Positions 41,294-50,985 of a DNA stretch of 64,000 bases are shown here, one piece after another. The stretch lies in contig JBAXBS010000003.1 of NCBI GenBank assembly GCA_037141925.1, positions 77,542 to 141,541 of the forward strand. The letters run 5' to 3'. Under the pieces are notes generated by a model. The model saw nothing but the letters and a program-made list of their open reading frames with translations, ran no database searches and was not told the origin of the DNA. Within the stretch, counting starts at the first letter, position 1, and each line of letters starts with the position of its first letter. The position numbers were made by a program, and so were the translations under genes. The DNA comes from Chitinophagaceae bacterium. GTDB lineage: Bacteria; Bacteroidota; Bacteroidia; Chitinophagales; Chitinophagaceae.

Positions 41294-42418
41294 ATGGCAG
41301 GCATCTATATTCATATCCCATTTTGCAAAAAAGCCTGTCATTACTGCAATTTTCACTTTTCTACGCAAGTAAAATATATGGAGCCCTTTAATATGGCGCT
41401 TTTAAAAGAAATCGAACTTCAAAAAAATTACCTCCAGGACCCCATTGAAACCATTTACATAGGCGGAGGAACGCCTTCTCTATTAGCAATACAAGATATA
41501 GAAAACCTTATCCATCAAATTCAGCTTCATTTTCAGTTAGCCAATGATATCGAATTAACATTAGAAGCCAATCCCGATGATATTGATGTAGCAAAAGTGC
41601 AAAGTTGGAAAAATGTAGGCGTCAATAGATTAAGTATTGGGATTCAAAGTTTTCAGCAAAAGTCCCTGGATTGGATGAATAGGGCTCATACCACCCATCA
41701 ATCGCATCAAGCCATTCAGGCTGCTTTGCAAGGAGGCATTCCTAATATTAGTGCCGATTTGATTTATGGCACCCCACATTTATCAGACGAGGATTTGATC
41801 GCTGATTTAAAAGAACTCACCCAATACGCTATCCCCCATATTTCTTGTTATGCTTTAACGGTAGAAGAAAAAACAGCCTTGCATACCATGATTCAACAAG
41901 AAAAGATGGAAGCCGTAGAGGTAGAAAAGCAAGCAAGACATTTTGAAATTATAGTGGAGATCTTAGAAAAAAACGGATTAGAACAATATGAAATTTCTAA
42001 TTTCAGTCAACCACATTATAGAAGTAAACACAATAGCAATTACTGGAACGCTATTCCTTATTTAGGGCTAGGACCTTCGGCACATTCATTCAATAAAACA
42101 TCCAGACAATGGAATGTAGCCAATAACGCGTTGTATATAAAATCGATTGAAGAAAATAAAGTTCCCTTTGAAATAGAGACCCTTTCTTTAGCTACCAGAT
42201 ATAATGAATATATGATGACTTCACTTAGATGCATCGAAGGCTTCGACAATCAATATATTGAAACAGCTTATGGTAAAGATTTTTTAGAACACACCATGAC
42301 AATGCTCGGACCTATGTTAGAAAAAGAATTGCTCACCCCCACTTTGAAAGGATATGCAATCACTAAAAAAGCAAAGTTTTTAGCAGATGGCATTGCGAGT
42401 GACTTTTTTTGGATGTAG
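41294..42418 (+). CDS. hemW: Radical SAM heme chaperone HemW
   Basis: YIHIPFC..ACHYCNF, GGGTPS, YEISNF, HNSNYW, GLGPSAHS; TAGCTTTG promoter at 41263-41270. Confidence 0.95.
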   Translation: MAGIYIHIPFCKKACHYCNFHFSTQVKYMEPFNMALLKEIELQKNYLQDPIETIYIGGGTPSLLAIQDIENLIHQIQLHFQLANDIELTLEANPDDIDVAKVQSWKNVGVNRLSIGIQSFQQKSLDWMNRAHTTHQSHQAIQAALQGGIPNISADLIYGTPHLSDEDLIADLKELTQYAIPHISCYALTVEEKTALHTMIQQEKMEAVEVEKQARHFEIIVEILEKNGLEQYEISNFSQPHYRSKHNSNYWNAIPYLGLGPSAHSFNKTSRQWNVANNALYIKSIEENKVPFEIETLSLATRYNEYMMTSLRCIEGFDNQYIETAYGKDFLEHTMTMLGPMLEKELLTPTLKGYAITKKAKFLADGIASDFFWM

Positions 42419-42456
42419 CAGATTTTAATAAAATATAAATAAAACTTGAATACTTA

Positions 42457-43461
42457 TTAAATTAAAATCTGCTCCAATTGTTTAAAGGATTCCATTCTAC
42501 AATTTCCTTCCCAAAGAATTTTATATATCGTAGTGATGATCGGCAGATCTAATTGCAATTGTTCGTTGATGGCCATGATACATTTGCTAGCATTGTATCC
42601 TTCCGCCACCATATTCAATTCTAATTCAGCTGACTTTACGGAATATCCTTTCCCAATCATATTTCCAAAAGTGCGATTTCGACTATGTAAAGAATAGCAA
42701 GTCACTAATAAGTCTCCCAAATACACCGAAGAAGCATAATTAATAGCGTTATCATTACCTCCTCCCTTTTCATAGATCGATTTTAATAATACTTGCATTT
42801 CATGGGCGCAATTTGCAATGTATACGCTTAAAAAATTATCTCCATATTCTAGTCCATGCGCAATACCCGCTCCTAAGGCATAAATATTTTTTACCACCCC
42901 TGCATATTGCACTCCAATCACATCATGATTCACAATGGTATTAATATAATCACATTTAAAATAAGAAGCAATTTGTTCTGTGACTGCAATATCTAATCCT
43001 GAAAAAGTTAAATAAGATAATTGTTCTGCTGCTACTTCTTCGGCATGGCTAGGACCTAATAAAGTATAATAATGAGAAAGCGGAAATTGATATTGCTTTT
43101 GTAAATATTCATGCAATAAAATATTGTGCTTGGGTAACACTCCCTTGATGGCAGAGACTATTTTTTTACCTTCCAGCATTTGAGCTGTCACACCTTGCAG
43201 GGAGGATTCCACATGAATAGAAGGCACTGCCATGACTATCATATCTGATGCTGCAATTATCTCAGTTACTTCACTTGAAAAATGTATACGTGAAGTATCA
43301 AAATAGGTATTTCTTAGATAGTGGGGATTATGATGTCGCTTTTTAAAATAGTCAATATTATTTGCCTGTCTCATCCACCAATGAATCGCATTACCATTAT
43401 CCATTGCAATTTTTGCAATCGCTGTCGCCCAACTTCCACTTCCTATGATTCCAATTTGCAT
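42457..43461 (-). CDS. gpsA: NAD(P)H-dependent glycerol-3-phosphate dehydrogenase
   Basis: GSGSWATA, GPSHAEEV, KNIYA, GDLLVTCYS..SRN; TATGTTTG promoter at 43477-43484. Confidence 0.95.
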   Translation of the reverse strand: MQIGIIGSGSWATAIAKIAMDNGNAIHWWMRQANNIDYFKKRHHNPHYLRNTYFDTSRIHFSSEVTEIIAASDMIVMAVPSIHVESSLQGVTAQMLEGKKIVSAIKGVLPKHNILLHEYLQKQYQFPLSHYYTLLGPSHAEEVAAEQLSYLTFSGLDIAVTEQIASYFKCDYINTIVNHDVIGVQYAGVVKNIYALGAGIAHGLEYGDNFLSVYIANCAHEMQVLLKSIYEKGGGNDNAINYASSVYLGDLLVTCYSLHSRNRTFGNMIGKGYSVKSAELELNMVAEGYNASKCIMAINEQLQLDLPIITTIYKILWEGNCRMESFKQLEQILI

Positions 43462-43495
43462 GTTGCCAAATTTTTACAAACATACGAAACTCAAT

Positions 43496-43531
43496 AAAAA
43501 AGGGGCGCATTTTTTAAATGCGCCCCTTTTT
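43496..43531 (-). terminator. Intrinsic (bidirectional-type) terminator after the efflux adaptor gene
   Basis: AAAAAGGGGCGCATTT-ttt-AAATGCGCCCCTTTTT perfect inverted repeat. Confidence 0.85.
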
Positions 43532-43554
43532 AAACTGATTCACAGTGCACTATC

Positions 43555-44907
43555 TTACTTTTTCTCTTCAAATAATTTTTCTTTTGCAACTACTTTTACC
43601 AACATGCCGTCTTTTAAAGTTTTGCTTACTGTACTATAAGGTCCAGTGATCACCTTATCACCTACTTTTAATCCAGCTACTTCAATATAATTTAAATCTT
43701 GTATGTCTGTTTTTACTTTTACCATTTTTACTTTATTGTCTGGCTGCAATACATAAACCACTTCATTCAATTCATCTTTTGCTGCAGGTGCATCCCCATT
43801 TTTATTGTCCTCTTTTTTAGCAGCCATTTTAGTATCCTTGCCTTCGCCGTCTTTATCACGAGTCGTAACCGCATTTAAAGGAACAGTAATTACATTTGCT
43901 TTTGACTTAGTTTGAATATCAGCACTCGCTGTCATACCAGGACGGAAAGGGAAAATGCTATTCTCTTTTGTTAAGTCCTCATAACTTGTAGGTAATAAGC
44001 GAATGTGTACTTTATAGTTTGCTACTTCTGTACTTGCAGCCAAACCACTTGCAGCTGAAGTCACAGGATTTGCAATTTTATATACAACTCCTTTAAATTT
44101 ACGCTTATTATACGCATCCACTTCTACTAATGCGGTATCGCCAATCTTTACTTTAGTAATATCATTCTCACCCACATCTACTCTTACTTCAATACTCTTC
44201 ATATCTGCCACACGCATCATTTCGGTACCTGCCATTTGAGCTGTACCTACAACTCTCTCCCCTTTTTTTACATTCATTAAACTTACAATGCCATCCATAG
44301 GTGAAGTAATAGTAGTACGTGCTAAATCCTTTTCTGCACGGGCTAATTGTGCTTTCACACCTTGAATTTGAGCTTCTCCACTTTTGATAGATTCTTTAGC
44401 CGAATTATAACTTGATTCCGCAGAACGAAACACTTGTTCTGTTTGCTCATATTCCGATCTAGAAACTATTTTATCGGCGTATAATTTTTTGTAACGCTCA
44501 TTAGTAGCTTTTGAATTTTCATACGCCGTTTTTAAACCACTTAAAGCAGCTTTTACATTTTCGTATTGCGCTTTTACTTGATTCACACTTGCTGTCACTT
44601 GATCACGTTGAGAGGAATAGATATCGGCATATATTTTAGCCAACACCTGACCCTTAGTAACTCTATCTCCTTCTTCTACAAAAAGATTGACGATTTCTCC
44701 AGAAATATCTGGACTCACTTTTACTTCAATTTCAGGATATACCTTACCACTCGCATTCACCGACTCGGTGATGGTTCTTAATTGTACAGCTTCTGAAGTG
44801 ACTAATGTGCCTTCTTCTTTACCAATTACACCTGCTTTTTTCAAGCCTACCAAAAGCACAATTAAAAACACTAAACCACCTCCGATCCAGATTAACTTTT
44901 TGTTCAT
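43555..44907 (-). CDS. Efflux periplasmic adaptor (MFP, MacA-like)
   Basis: ASGKVYP, V.EGDRV.KGQ, alpha-hairpin, TSPMDG, RPGMTA. Confidence 0.92.
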   Translation of the reverse strand: MNKKLIWIGGGLVFLIVLLVGLKKAGVIGKEEGTLVTSEAVQLRTITESVNASGKVYPEIEVKVSPDISGEIVNLFVEEGDRVTKGQVLAKIYADIYSSQRDQVTASVNQVKAQYENVKAALSGLKTAYENSKATNERYKKLYADKIVSRSEYEQTEQVFRSAESSYNSAKESIKSGEAQIQGVKAQLARAEKDLARTTITSPMDGIVSLMNVKKGERVVGTAQMAGTEMMRVADMKSIEVRVDVGENDITKVKIGDTALVEVDAYNKRKFKGVVYKIANPVTSAASGLAASTEVANYKVHIRLLPTSYEDLTKENSIFPFRPGMTASADIQTKSKANVITVPLNAVTTRDKDGEGKDTKMAAKKEDNKNGDAPAAKDELNEVVYVLQPDNKVKMVKVKTDIQDLNYIEVAGLKVGDKVITGPYSTVSKTLKDGMLVKVVAKEKLFEEKK

Positions 44908-44946
44908 TTTATTTATTTTTTACTTCTGTAATTTTTTATATTTAAA

Positions 44947-46407
44947 TTAAAGTGATAAAGATTCTCCTTTGTAAAATTCAAGGAGCTTAATTCTAAACAC
45001 ATACTCATACTGAGCAGATTTAAAATTCACTTTAGCCTTTAAAAAATTATTTTGATTGTTCAATAATTCAATAGTACCTAACAAACCTAGCTCATACCTT
45101 TTCTTTGCAAATTCGTAGGCTTTTTCGGCTGAAGTCACTGCCTTTTTATTGGCATTTAATTTGTTCAATGCTACAATGGCATTGGTATAAGCGGAATAAA
45201 TGTCTTGCTTTAATTTACGATTGGTATTTTCTTGATTTAATTCAGCTGATTTGTAATTCAACTTTGCTTGTTGATAGGAAATACGAGCTTGTCCACCATT
45301 AAAAATAGGGATGGATAATTGAAAGCCAAAACTTTGACCAAAATTATTATTTACTTGTGTCCCCCACCCATTCCAAACATTCCCAAAATTACGCGTCCCA
45401 GTGGTAGTGGCATAAGTGGGACTTTGTACAAAATATTTAGTGTTATTCATGGTGACAAAAGGACTCGCAGGTGTAATAGCACTCAATCCTGTTAGTTCAT
45501 AGCCGTTAATATATTTGAACTGATTTGAAAAATTAGAAGTTAAACTATATCCAAAACTTAAAGAAGGATAAAAATTCGCTTTGGCAGCCAACGAACTTTT
45601 CTCAGCCGCTTTAACTCTAAATTCAGCTGCTTTTACATTGGGTAGATTTTGTTGCGCAATTGCAAAAACATAATCAGGTTGCAAATCGGCAAAGCCTTGT
45701 AATTTAATTTGATCCACAGGTTGCACTAGAACATCAAAGTCGGTACCCGCATCTAAATTCAACAACGCTTTTAAACTTAATTTAGATTGTTCCACATTGG
45801 AAATAGCAGAAATATAAGTACTGCTATCATTGGCTAATTGAGTTTCTAGTTCTAATAAATTAATTTCGGGAAGTAAGCCTACTTCTACTCTTTTTTTAGT
45901 CGCATTTAATTGCTCTAAAGTTTGTTGAATTTGAATTTTAGAAATTTCAGATTGCTCAATAGTAGACAATACTTGTAAATAAAAAGTAGCCACGTTCAAT
46001 GAAATATCATTAGAGGCATTTTGCAAGTCGGCTAGAGAAGCTTGCCAGTTATAATTAGTAGCGTCTGCGTTATTTTTTAACTTTCCTGCATTATATAATT
46101 GAATGCCCCCATTTAAACCAAAGTTATTATATAAGAATTGTGTATTTGCAAAACCATTGGTGGTTGGGTCAATGGATCTCCCTAATCTTAATCCCATACC
46201 AGAAGACCCCGTTAAACTGGGTAATCTGCTGGAGCTAGCCAATTCGGCTTGTAATTTAGCAAGACGCGTTTGTACATCGGCTTGCTTGATAGAAATATTA
46301 TTTTTTATCGCATATTCCACGCATGTTTTTAAGTCCCATTGGGTGGACGGTTGCGCTTGAACTTGAAAAGCAAAACCCACGAAAAATAAAGAAAGTATGT
46401 ATTTCAT
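44947..46407 (-). CDS. TolC-family outer-membrane efflux protein
   Basis: Signal peptide, duplicated OEP repeats, LSIPIFNG, RYELG; TACTTTTG promoter at 46446-46453. Confidence 0.92.
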   Translation of the reverse strand: MKYILSLFFVGFAFQVQAQPSTQWDLKTCVEYAIKNNISIKQADVQTRLAKLQAELASSSRLPSLTGSSGMGLRLGRSIDPTTNGFANTQFLYNNFGLNGGIQLYNAGKLKNNADATNYNWQASLADLQNASNDISLNVATFYLQVLSTIEQSEISKIQIQQTLEQLNATKKRVEVGLLPEINLLELETQLANDSSTYISAISNVEQSKLSLKALLNLDAGTDFDVLVQPVDQIKLQGFADLQPDYVFAIAQQNLPNVKAAEFRVKAAEKSSLAAKANFYPSLSFGYSLTSNFSNQFKYINGYELTGLSAITPASPFVTMNNTKYFVQSPTYATTTGTRNFGNVWNGWGTQVNNNFGQSFGFQLSIPIFNGGQARISYQQAKLNYKSAELNQENTNRKLKQDIYSAYTNAIVALNKLNANKKAVTSAEKAYEFAKKRYELGLLGTIELLNNQNNFLKAKVNFKSAQYEYVFRIKLLEFYKGESLSL

Positions 46408-46534
46408 CTAGTATATATATATAAATTAAATAGCTTTTGACCCTACAAAAGTAAACTAATAATAAATAGGTCTCTAAATATTAGACAGGCGGAAGGGGGA
46501 TCGGCTGAGCAGCGATTAGTATAGATGAAAGGTG

Positions 46535-47860
46535 TTAAATAGCCTTTTTATAATAAAATAACCTGTAAATCACTAAAACAACGGCCAATAAACACATCGC
46601 AGTGAGGGCAGAATAAGGCTTATCAATCACCACTGCCAATGCCACTAACGCATAGGATAATACAAAAATAACGCAGAAAATGGGGGTCCATTTTTTTAAG
46701 GCTCCCGTCACTGACTCATTCCCTTGATTTTTTTGTCTCAAAATAAGCAAGGTAGCCGCCGAGGTACTCATTCCCATGCAATCTAAAAAAATACTAAAGC
46801 TTAATACATCATCTACCCCTTTACCAAAAAAGGTCACTAATATAGTAGTGATGGCAAATAAAGTTAACCCAGGAACTAGGGCTTCTGTTGTAGGATGTTT
46901 TTGTTGAAAAATTTTAGGTAATACTTTATCCTCACTCATCGCAAACATGACGCGAGGATTACTCATTAAAATGACATTCACGTAAGCCAATACACTTAAT
47001 ACCATCGCAAAATCAAAAATCTTAGCGCCTAATTTGCCAAACCAAGCTTCAAAAAGAAGTGACCCAATAGCATTTGCATTTTTCATGGATTCAAACCCAA
47101 TCACTTTAATATAAGTATAATTAATAGTGAGGTATAAAAACAAAACCACTAATATGCCCACTACAATACCACGCTGCATGGTTTTTGCGGATTTTACTTC
47201 GGATCCAAAATTGATGGTTTGTTGATAGCCTCCGTATGTAAAAAATACAGACACTAAACTGACTAATAAAAGTAAGGCTCCATTCGTTCCGTCATACACA
47301 TAAATTTTTCCTTCATTCACTCCATGAGGCGGAACTGTCACCCCTTTGAATAAAGAAGAAATTAATAAAACAATTAAACTAATTTTCACCACTGTCAAAA
47401 TGTTTTGTGTGCGACTGCTTGTTTTTAATCCCAATAAGTTCACTACATAAAATAATGCCACCGATAAAGAGGCTACTCCAATATTAAATAAGGTACCAGA
47501 AGGTTGTCCAAATAATAAATCACTGACATAGTCGGCTCCAATTAAAGCCACAACAGCTAAAGAAGCAGCATTGCTAATTAATATTAAAACATTAATGGTA
47601 AATCCTACTCCTGGATGATAACAATGCGCAAACACTTTATAATACCCTCCCATCACGGGTAAACGTTGTCCAATTTCAGCATAAGTTAATGCTCCAAACA
47701 AAGCAATCACCCCTCCTATTAACCAAGCCGTGAAAAAAATACCAGGTGTTCCTGACTTTGCAGCAATCGTAGCAGGAGTTTTAAAAATACCCATCCCTAT
47801 TACCAAACTCACCACAATCATGGTTAAACTAAAAAAATTAATGCTTTGTTTTGATTTCAT
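46535..47860 (-). CDS. APC-family amino acid permease
   Basis: IGMGIFKTP, YAEIG..P..GG.Y, FTYGGY, PRVMFAMS; about 12 TM segments. Confidence 0.92.
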   Translation of the reverse strand: MKSKQSINFFSLTMIVVSLVIGMGIFKTPATIAAKSGTPGIFFTAWLIGGVIALFGALTYAEIGQRLPVMGGYYKVFAHCYHPGVGFTINVLILISNAASLAVVALIGADYVSDLLFGQPSGTLFNIGVASLSVALFYVVNLLGLKTSSRTQNILTVVKISLIVLLISSLFKGVTVPPHGVNEGKIYVYDGTNGALLLLVSLVSVFFTYGGYQQTINFGSEVKSAKTMQRGIVVGILVVLFLYLTINYTYIKVIGFESMKNANAIGSLLFEAWFGKLGAKIFDFAMVLSVLAYVNVILMSNPRVMFAMSEDKVLPKIFQQKHPTTEALVPGLTLFAITTILVTFFGKGVDDVLSFSIFLDCMGMSTSAATLLILRQKNQGNESVTGALKKWTPIFCVIFVLSYALVALAVVIDKPYSALTAMCLLAVVLVIYRLFYYKKAI

Positions 47861-48023
47861 GCTTACGTTTTTAAGTATGCAAATACTTTAATTTAAAATA
47901 AAACTGTCTAGTGGATCTGCTTAAGCAACTACCCTATTTTTAATAAGCTTAAATATAACAAAAAGCGGTTAAGTTTTCAACAATGGGTTAATAATTAATG
48001 TATTCTGCAACATCATTTACACT

Positions 48024-48031
48024 TATGTTTG
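48024..48031 (+). promoter_or_regulatory. -7 promoter element upstream of the cobalamin riboswitch
   Basis: TATGTTTG ends 6 nt before the riboswitch P1 stem. Confidence 0.75.
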
Positions 48032-48037
48032 TCTTGG

Positions 48038-48197
48038 AATTAGGTTCATACAAATGATTAAAAGGGAACCCCGTTTAAATCGGGGGCTATTCCCGTAGCT
48101 GTGAGTTCATTGCCAAAAGCAATCAATGCAATATATCCACTGAAGCAATTTGGGAAGGATGCATTCAAAAAGAACAAGCCAGAAGACCTGCCTAATT
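48038..48197 (+). ncRNA. Cobalamin riboswitch (class I / AdoCbl type)
   Basis: P1 AATTAGG/CCTAATT; AAAAGGGAA, CCCCG-TTTAAAT-CGGGG stem, CCCGTAGCTGT, CCACTG...TGGGAAGG extension, B12 box AGCCAGAAGACCTGCC; lies upstream of a BtuB-like gene. Confidence 0.95.
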
Positions 48198-48366
48198 AAT
48201 AAATCAACAGCTTTCGGGTAAAAAGCAAGGATTGTAAAAAAAAGATTTGCGTTTGTATCACATTGGATCACTTAAATAGGGATTTTATGCTTTGTAACAT
48301 GCACATCAATTAATTATGGTTCTCTTTCTCCAGGAAGCTCATTGTTAACAATAAAAAAACAAAACA

Positions 48367-50310
48367 ATGAGCCAAAAATTATTTACGCTCTGGGTGTGCA
48401 TTATGGCCGCCTTCCCTTCTGTATTGGGGCAAAAAAAAGACCTTTCTCTGAATGACACCACTCAATCTAACAATCGAACTTTAGAAGACGTTATCATTAC
48501 TGCCAACAAAATTGTTCAAAAACAAAACAGTACTGGTAAAGTCATTACCGTAACAAATCAAGCACAGCTTATCGCAAATGCAGGAAGAACCGTTGCTCAA
48601 ATACTCAATGAGCAAGTAGGATTATCCCTTCCCGGAAGTTTAAGTAATGCAGGTACAGTTCCTAGTATTTACATGCGAGGTGCTTCTAGTGGACGTACTT
48701 TGATTTTGATAGATGGAAATCCTGTGGGAGATCCTTCCATGATTAGTAATGAGTTTGATTTAAATTTAGTGCCCTTAGATCAAATTGAAAGAATTGAAAT
48801 TTTAAAAGGATCGCAAAGTACTTTGTATGGATCAGACGCCATTGGCGGAGTGATTAATATTATCACTAAAAAAACTAGCGCCACTCATTGGAGCGGCGGT
48901 GCTAGCGCAGGCAGTTATGGTACTCAAAAATGGAATATTCAACATCATAACAATTGGGGTAAACTTAATTTGAATGCAGGCATTGACCAACAAACTGCCA
49001 CTGGATTTTCTTCCGCCACCGACATCAAAAACACGGGTAAATTTGATCCAGATGGATATGACAATAAAAGTTGGTTTGTACAATTACAATATGAAATTAA
49101 ACCTTCCCTGCAAGCTACCCTATTTACACGCAAAACGGCCTATACAGCTTCCATTGACTATGGTGCTTTTATGGATGATAAAGACGATCATTTTAAAAAT
49201 GCGACTCAACTTACTGGAACTGAAATAAAATATCAAAAAAATAAGACTAAAGTTCAATTTCAATATCAAATGAGTACGCAAGATCGTAGTTATAAAAATG
49301 ATAGCGTCGATAAAACGTATATGATTTATGAAGACAATCAATACGCAGGGAAATCTCATTTTGCCGACTTGTTAGTGGCACAACAAATTCACCCTAATAT
49401 CCAATGGATTGTAGGTTCCGACTTTAGATATGGATCCTATCATCAAACTTATATTTCATTGAGCCAATGGGGGCCTTATAATGATCAATTCAAAGACACT
49501 TTCCAATTTCAAAATGCATTGTATAGTTCCCTATTACTGAATGACTCCAAAAACAAATGGTTACTTGAAATAGGCGGCAGATTTAATAAACAATCCAGAT
49601 ACGGAAACAATCAAACCTTCACGGTGAGTCCTTCTTATAAAATAAACAGTCAATGGAGGGTTTTAGCCAATATATCTTCTGGATTTAAAGCGCCTTCTTT
49701 ATATCAATTAAGCTATAATGAAAAATTATTACCTGAGAAATCGGTAAACGCTGACATGGGTATCGAATATAAATCCAATACATTATATACCAGACTTGTC
49801 ACTTATCACCGAACAATAGATAATGGAATTGATTATAATTATATTGACTATAATTTTTTCAACTTTATACAACAAAAAGTAAATGGTTTAGAATTAGAAG
49901 TAAAATGGAATCCCAATGAGCACCATCAAATTTCAGGCAACCTTAGTTGGATGGATGGAAAGGAAACTAATCAAAATAGAGTCACGACCACCGATACCAT
50001 CACCTACCCATACTTATTAAAACGTCCTAAAAACACCATAGGCTTACAATGGCGTTTTGAACCCAACCAAAAATGGTCTTTCCAATTACATGCGCAGTAT
50101 GTAGGTGCTAGATATGATGTTGGTGGTTATGCAACAGATGATGTAAAATTACACGACTATACTTTATTTAACGCGCATGTGCAATATAAAATGAGTAAGC
50201 ATGTGTTGTTGTTTAGTGATATTCAAAATGTAACGAATACTCAATTCAATGAAATCAATGGGTACAATAGCATCGGTCGCATGTGGATGTTGGGTATTCA
50301 AATACATTAA
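48367..50310 (+). CDS. btuB: TonB-dependent vitamin B12 receptor
   Basis: Signal peptide, DVIITAN TonB box, IERIEILKGSQSTLYGSDAIGGVINIIT plug, GFKAPSLYQL; preceded by a B12 riboswitch. Confidence 0.9.
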   Translation: MSQKLFTLWVCIMAAFPSVLGQKKDLSLNDTTQSNNRTLEDVIITANKIVQKQNSTGKVITVTNQAQLIANAGRTVAQILNEQVGLSLPGSLSNAGTVPSIYMRGASSGRTLILIDGNPVGDPSMISNEFDLNLVPLDQIERIEILKGSQSTLYGSDAIGGVINIITKKTSATHWSGGASAGSYGTQKWNIQHHNNWGKLNLNAGIDQQTATGFSSATDIKNTGKFDPDGYDNKSWFVQLQYEIKPSLQATLFTRKTAYTASIDYGAFMDDKDDHFKNATQLTGTEIKYQKNKTKVQFQYQMSTQDRSYKNDSVDKTYMIYEDNQYAGKSHFADLLVAQQIHPNIQWIVGSDFRYGSYHQTYISLSQWGPYNDQFKDTFQFQNALYSSLLLNDSKNKWLLEIGGRFNKQSRYGNNQTFTVSPSYKINSQWRVLANISSGFKAPSLYQLSYNEKLLPEKSVNADMGIEYKSNTLYTRLVTYHRTIDNGIDYNYIDYNFFNFIQQKVNGLELEVKWNPNEHHQISGNLSWMDGKETNQNRVTTTDTITYPYLLKRPKNTIGLQWRFEPNQKWSFQLHAQYVGARYDVGGYATDDVKLHDYTLFNAHVQYKMSKHVLLFSDIQNVTNTQFNEINGYNSIGRMWMLGIQIH

Positions 50311-50357
50311 ATGACCATTTTTCAAAAAGCTTTGTATCTTCATACAAAGCTTTTTTT

Positions 50358-50936
50358 ATGGAAATACATTTTGACCAACTGTTAACGATTGTATTCACCT
50401 TGTTTGCGGTGATTGATATTGTGGGATCTATTCCTTTGCTTATTTCCATGAAAGAAAAAGTGGGTGAAATTAAATCCTTCAAAGTGACCCTCATTTCAGG
50501 AGGATTAATGATATTATTTTTATTTCTTGGTAAACCTTTTTTGCAAATACTAGGGTTGGATGTAAAATCTTTTGCAGTGGGAGGTTCTATTGTGATATTT
50601 TTATTAGGGTTGGAGATGGTATTAGGACATGAAATATTTAAAGGAGATAAAAATGAACATAGCGGCGCCGTAGTTCCAATTGCTTTTCCCATTATCGCAG
50701 GAAGTGGAACACTAACAACCATCATGTCCTTGAAAGCCAACTTTGAAGAAGCTTATATTGCCGCAGGTATTATCATCAATCTAATTGTAGTCTATATCGT
50801 ACTTAAATCACTCAATTATATTGAAAAATTATTAGGACCAGGTGGCTTACTAGCCGTACGTAAGTTTTTTGGAGTCATCTTGCTAGCCATTGCTGTTAAA
50901 ATTTTCTCTAGCAATATTGGTGCTATTAAAAGATAG
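50358..50936 (+). CDS. MarC-family membrane protein
   Basis: LFAVIDIVGSIP, VVPIAFPIIAGSG, FGVILLAIAV; ATG 50358 preferred over the overlapping start. Confidence 0.9.
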   Translation: MEIHFDQLLTIVFTLFAVIDIVGSIPLLISMKEKVGEIKSFKVTLISGGLMILFLFLGKPFLQILGLDVKSFAVGGSIVIFLLGLEMVLGHEIFKGDKNEHSGAVVPIAFPIIAGSGTLTTIMSLKANFEEAYIAAGIIINLIVVYIVLKSLNYIEKLLGPGGLLAVRKFFGVILLAIAVKIFSSNIGAIKR

Positions 50937-50985
50937 CAAATTAAATATTCCCTAAAAATGCAAATTAAATGATAATTTTGCGGGG

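Noticed and set aside
46480-46534. Short GC-rich patch after the amino acid permease stop
   Set aside because: I found no convincing stem, ORF or repeat; it is probably the upstream region of the TolC promoter.
50255-50740. 161-aa minus-strand ORF
   Set aside because: It is antisense to the MarC gene, which carries the family motifs.
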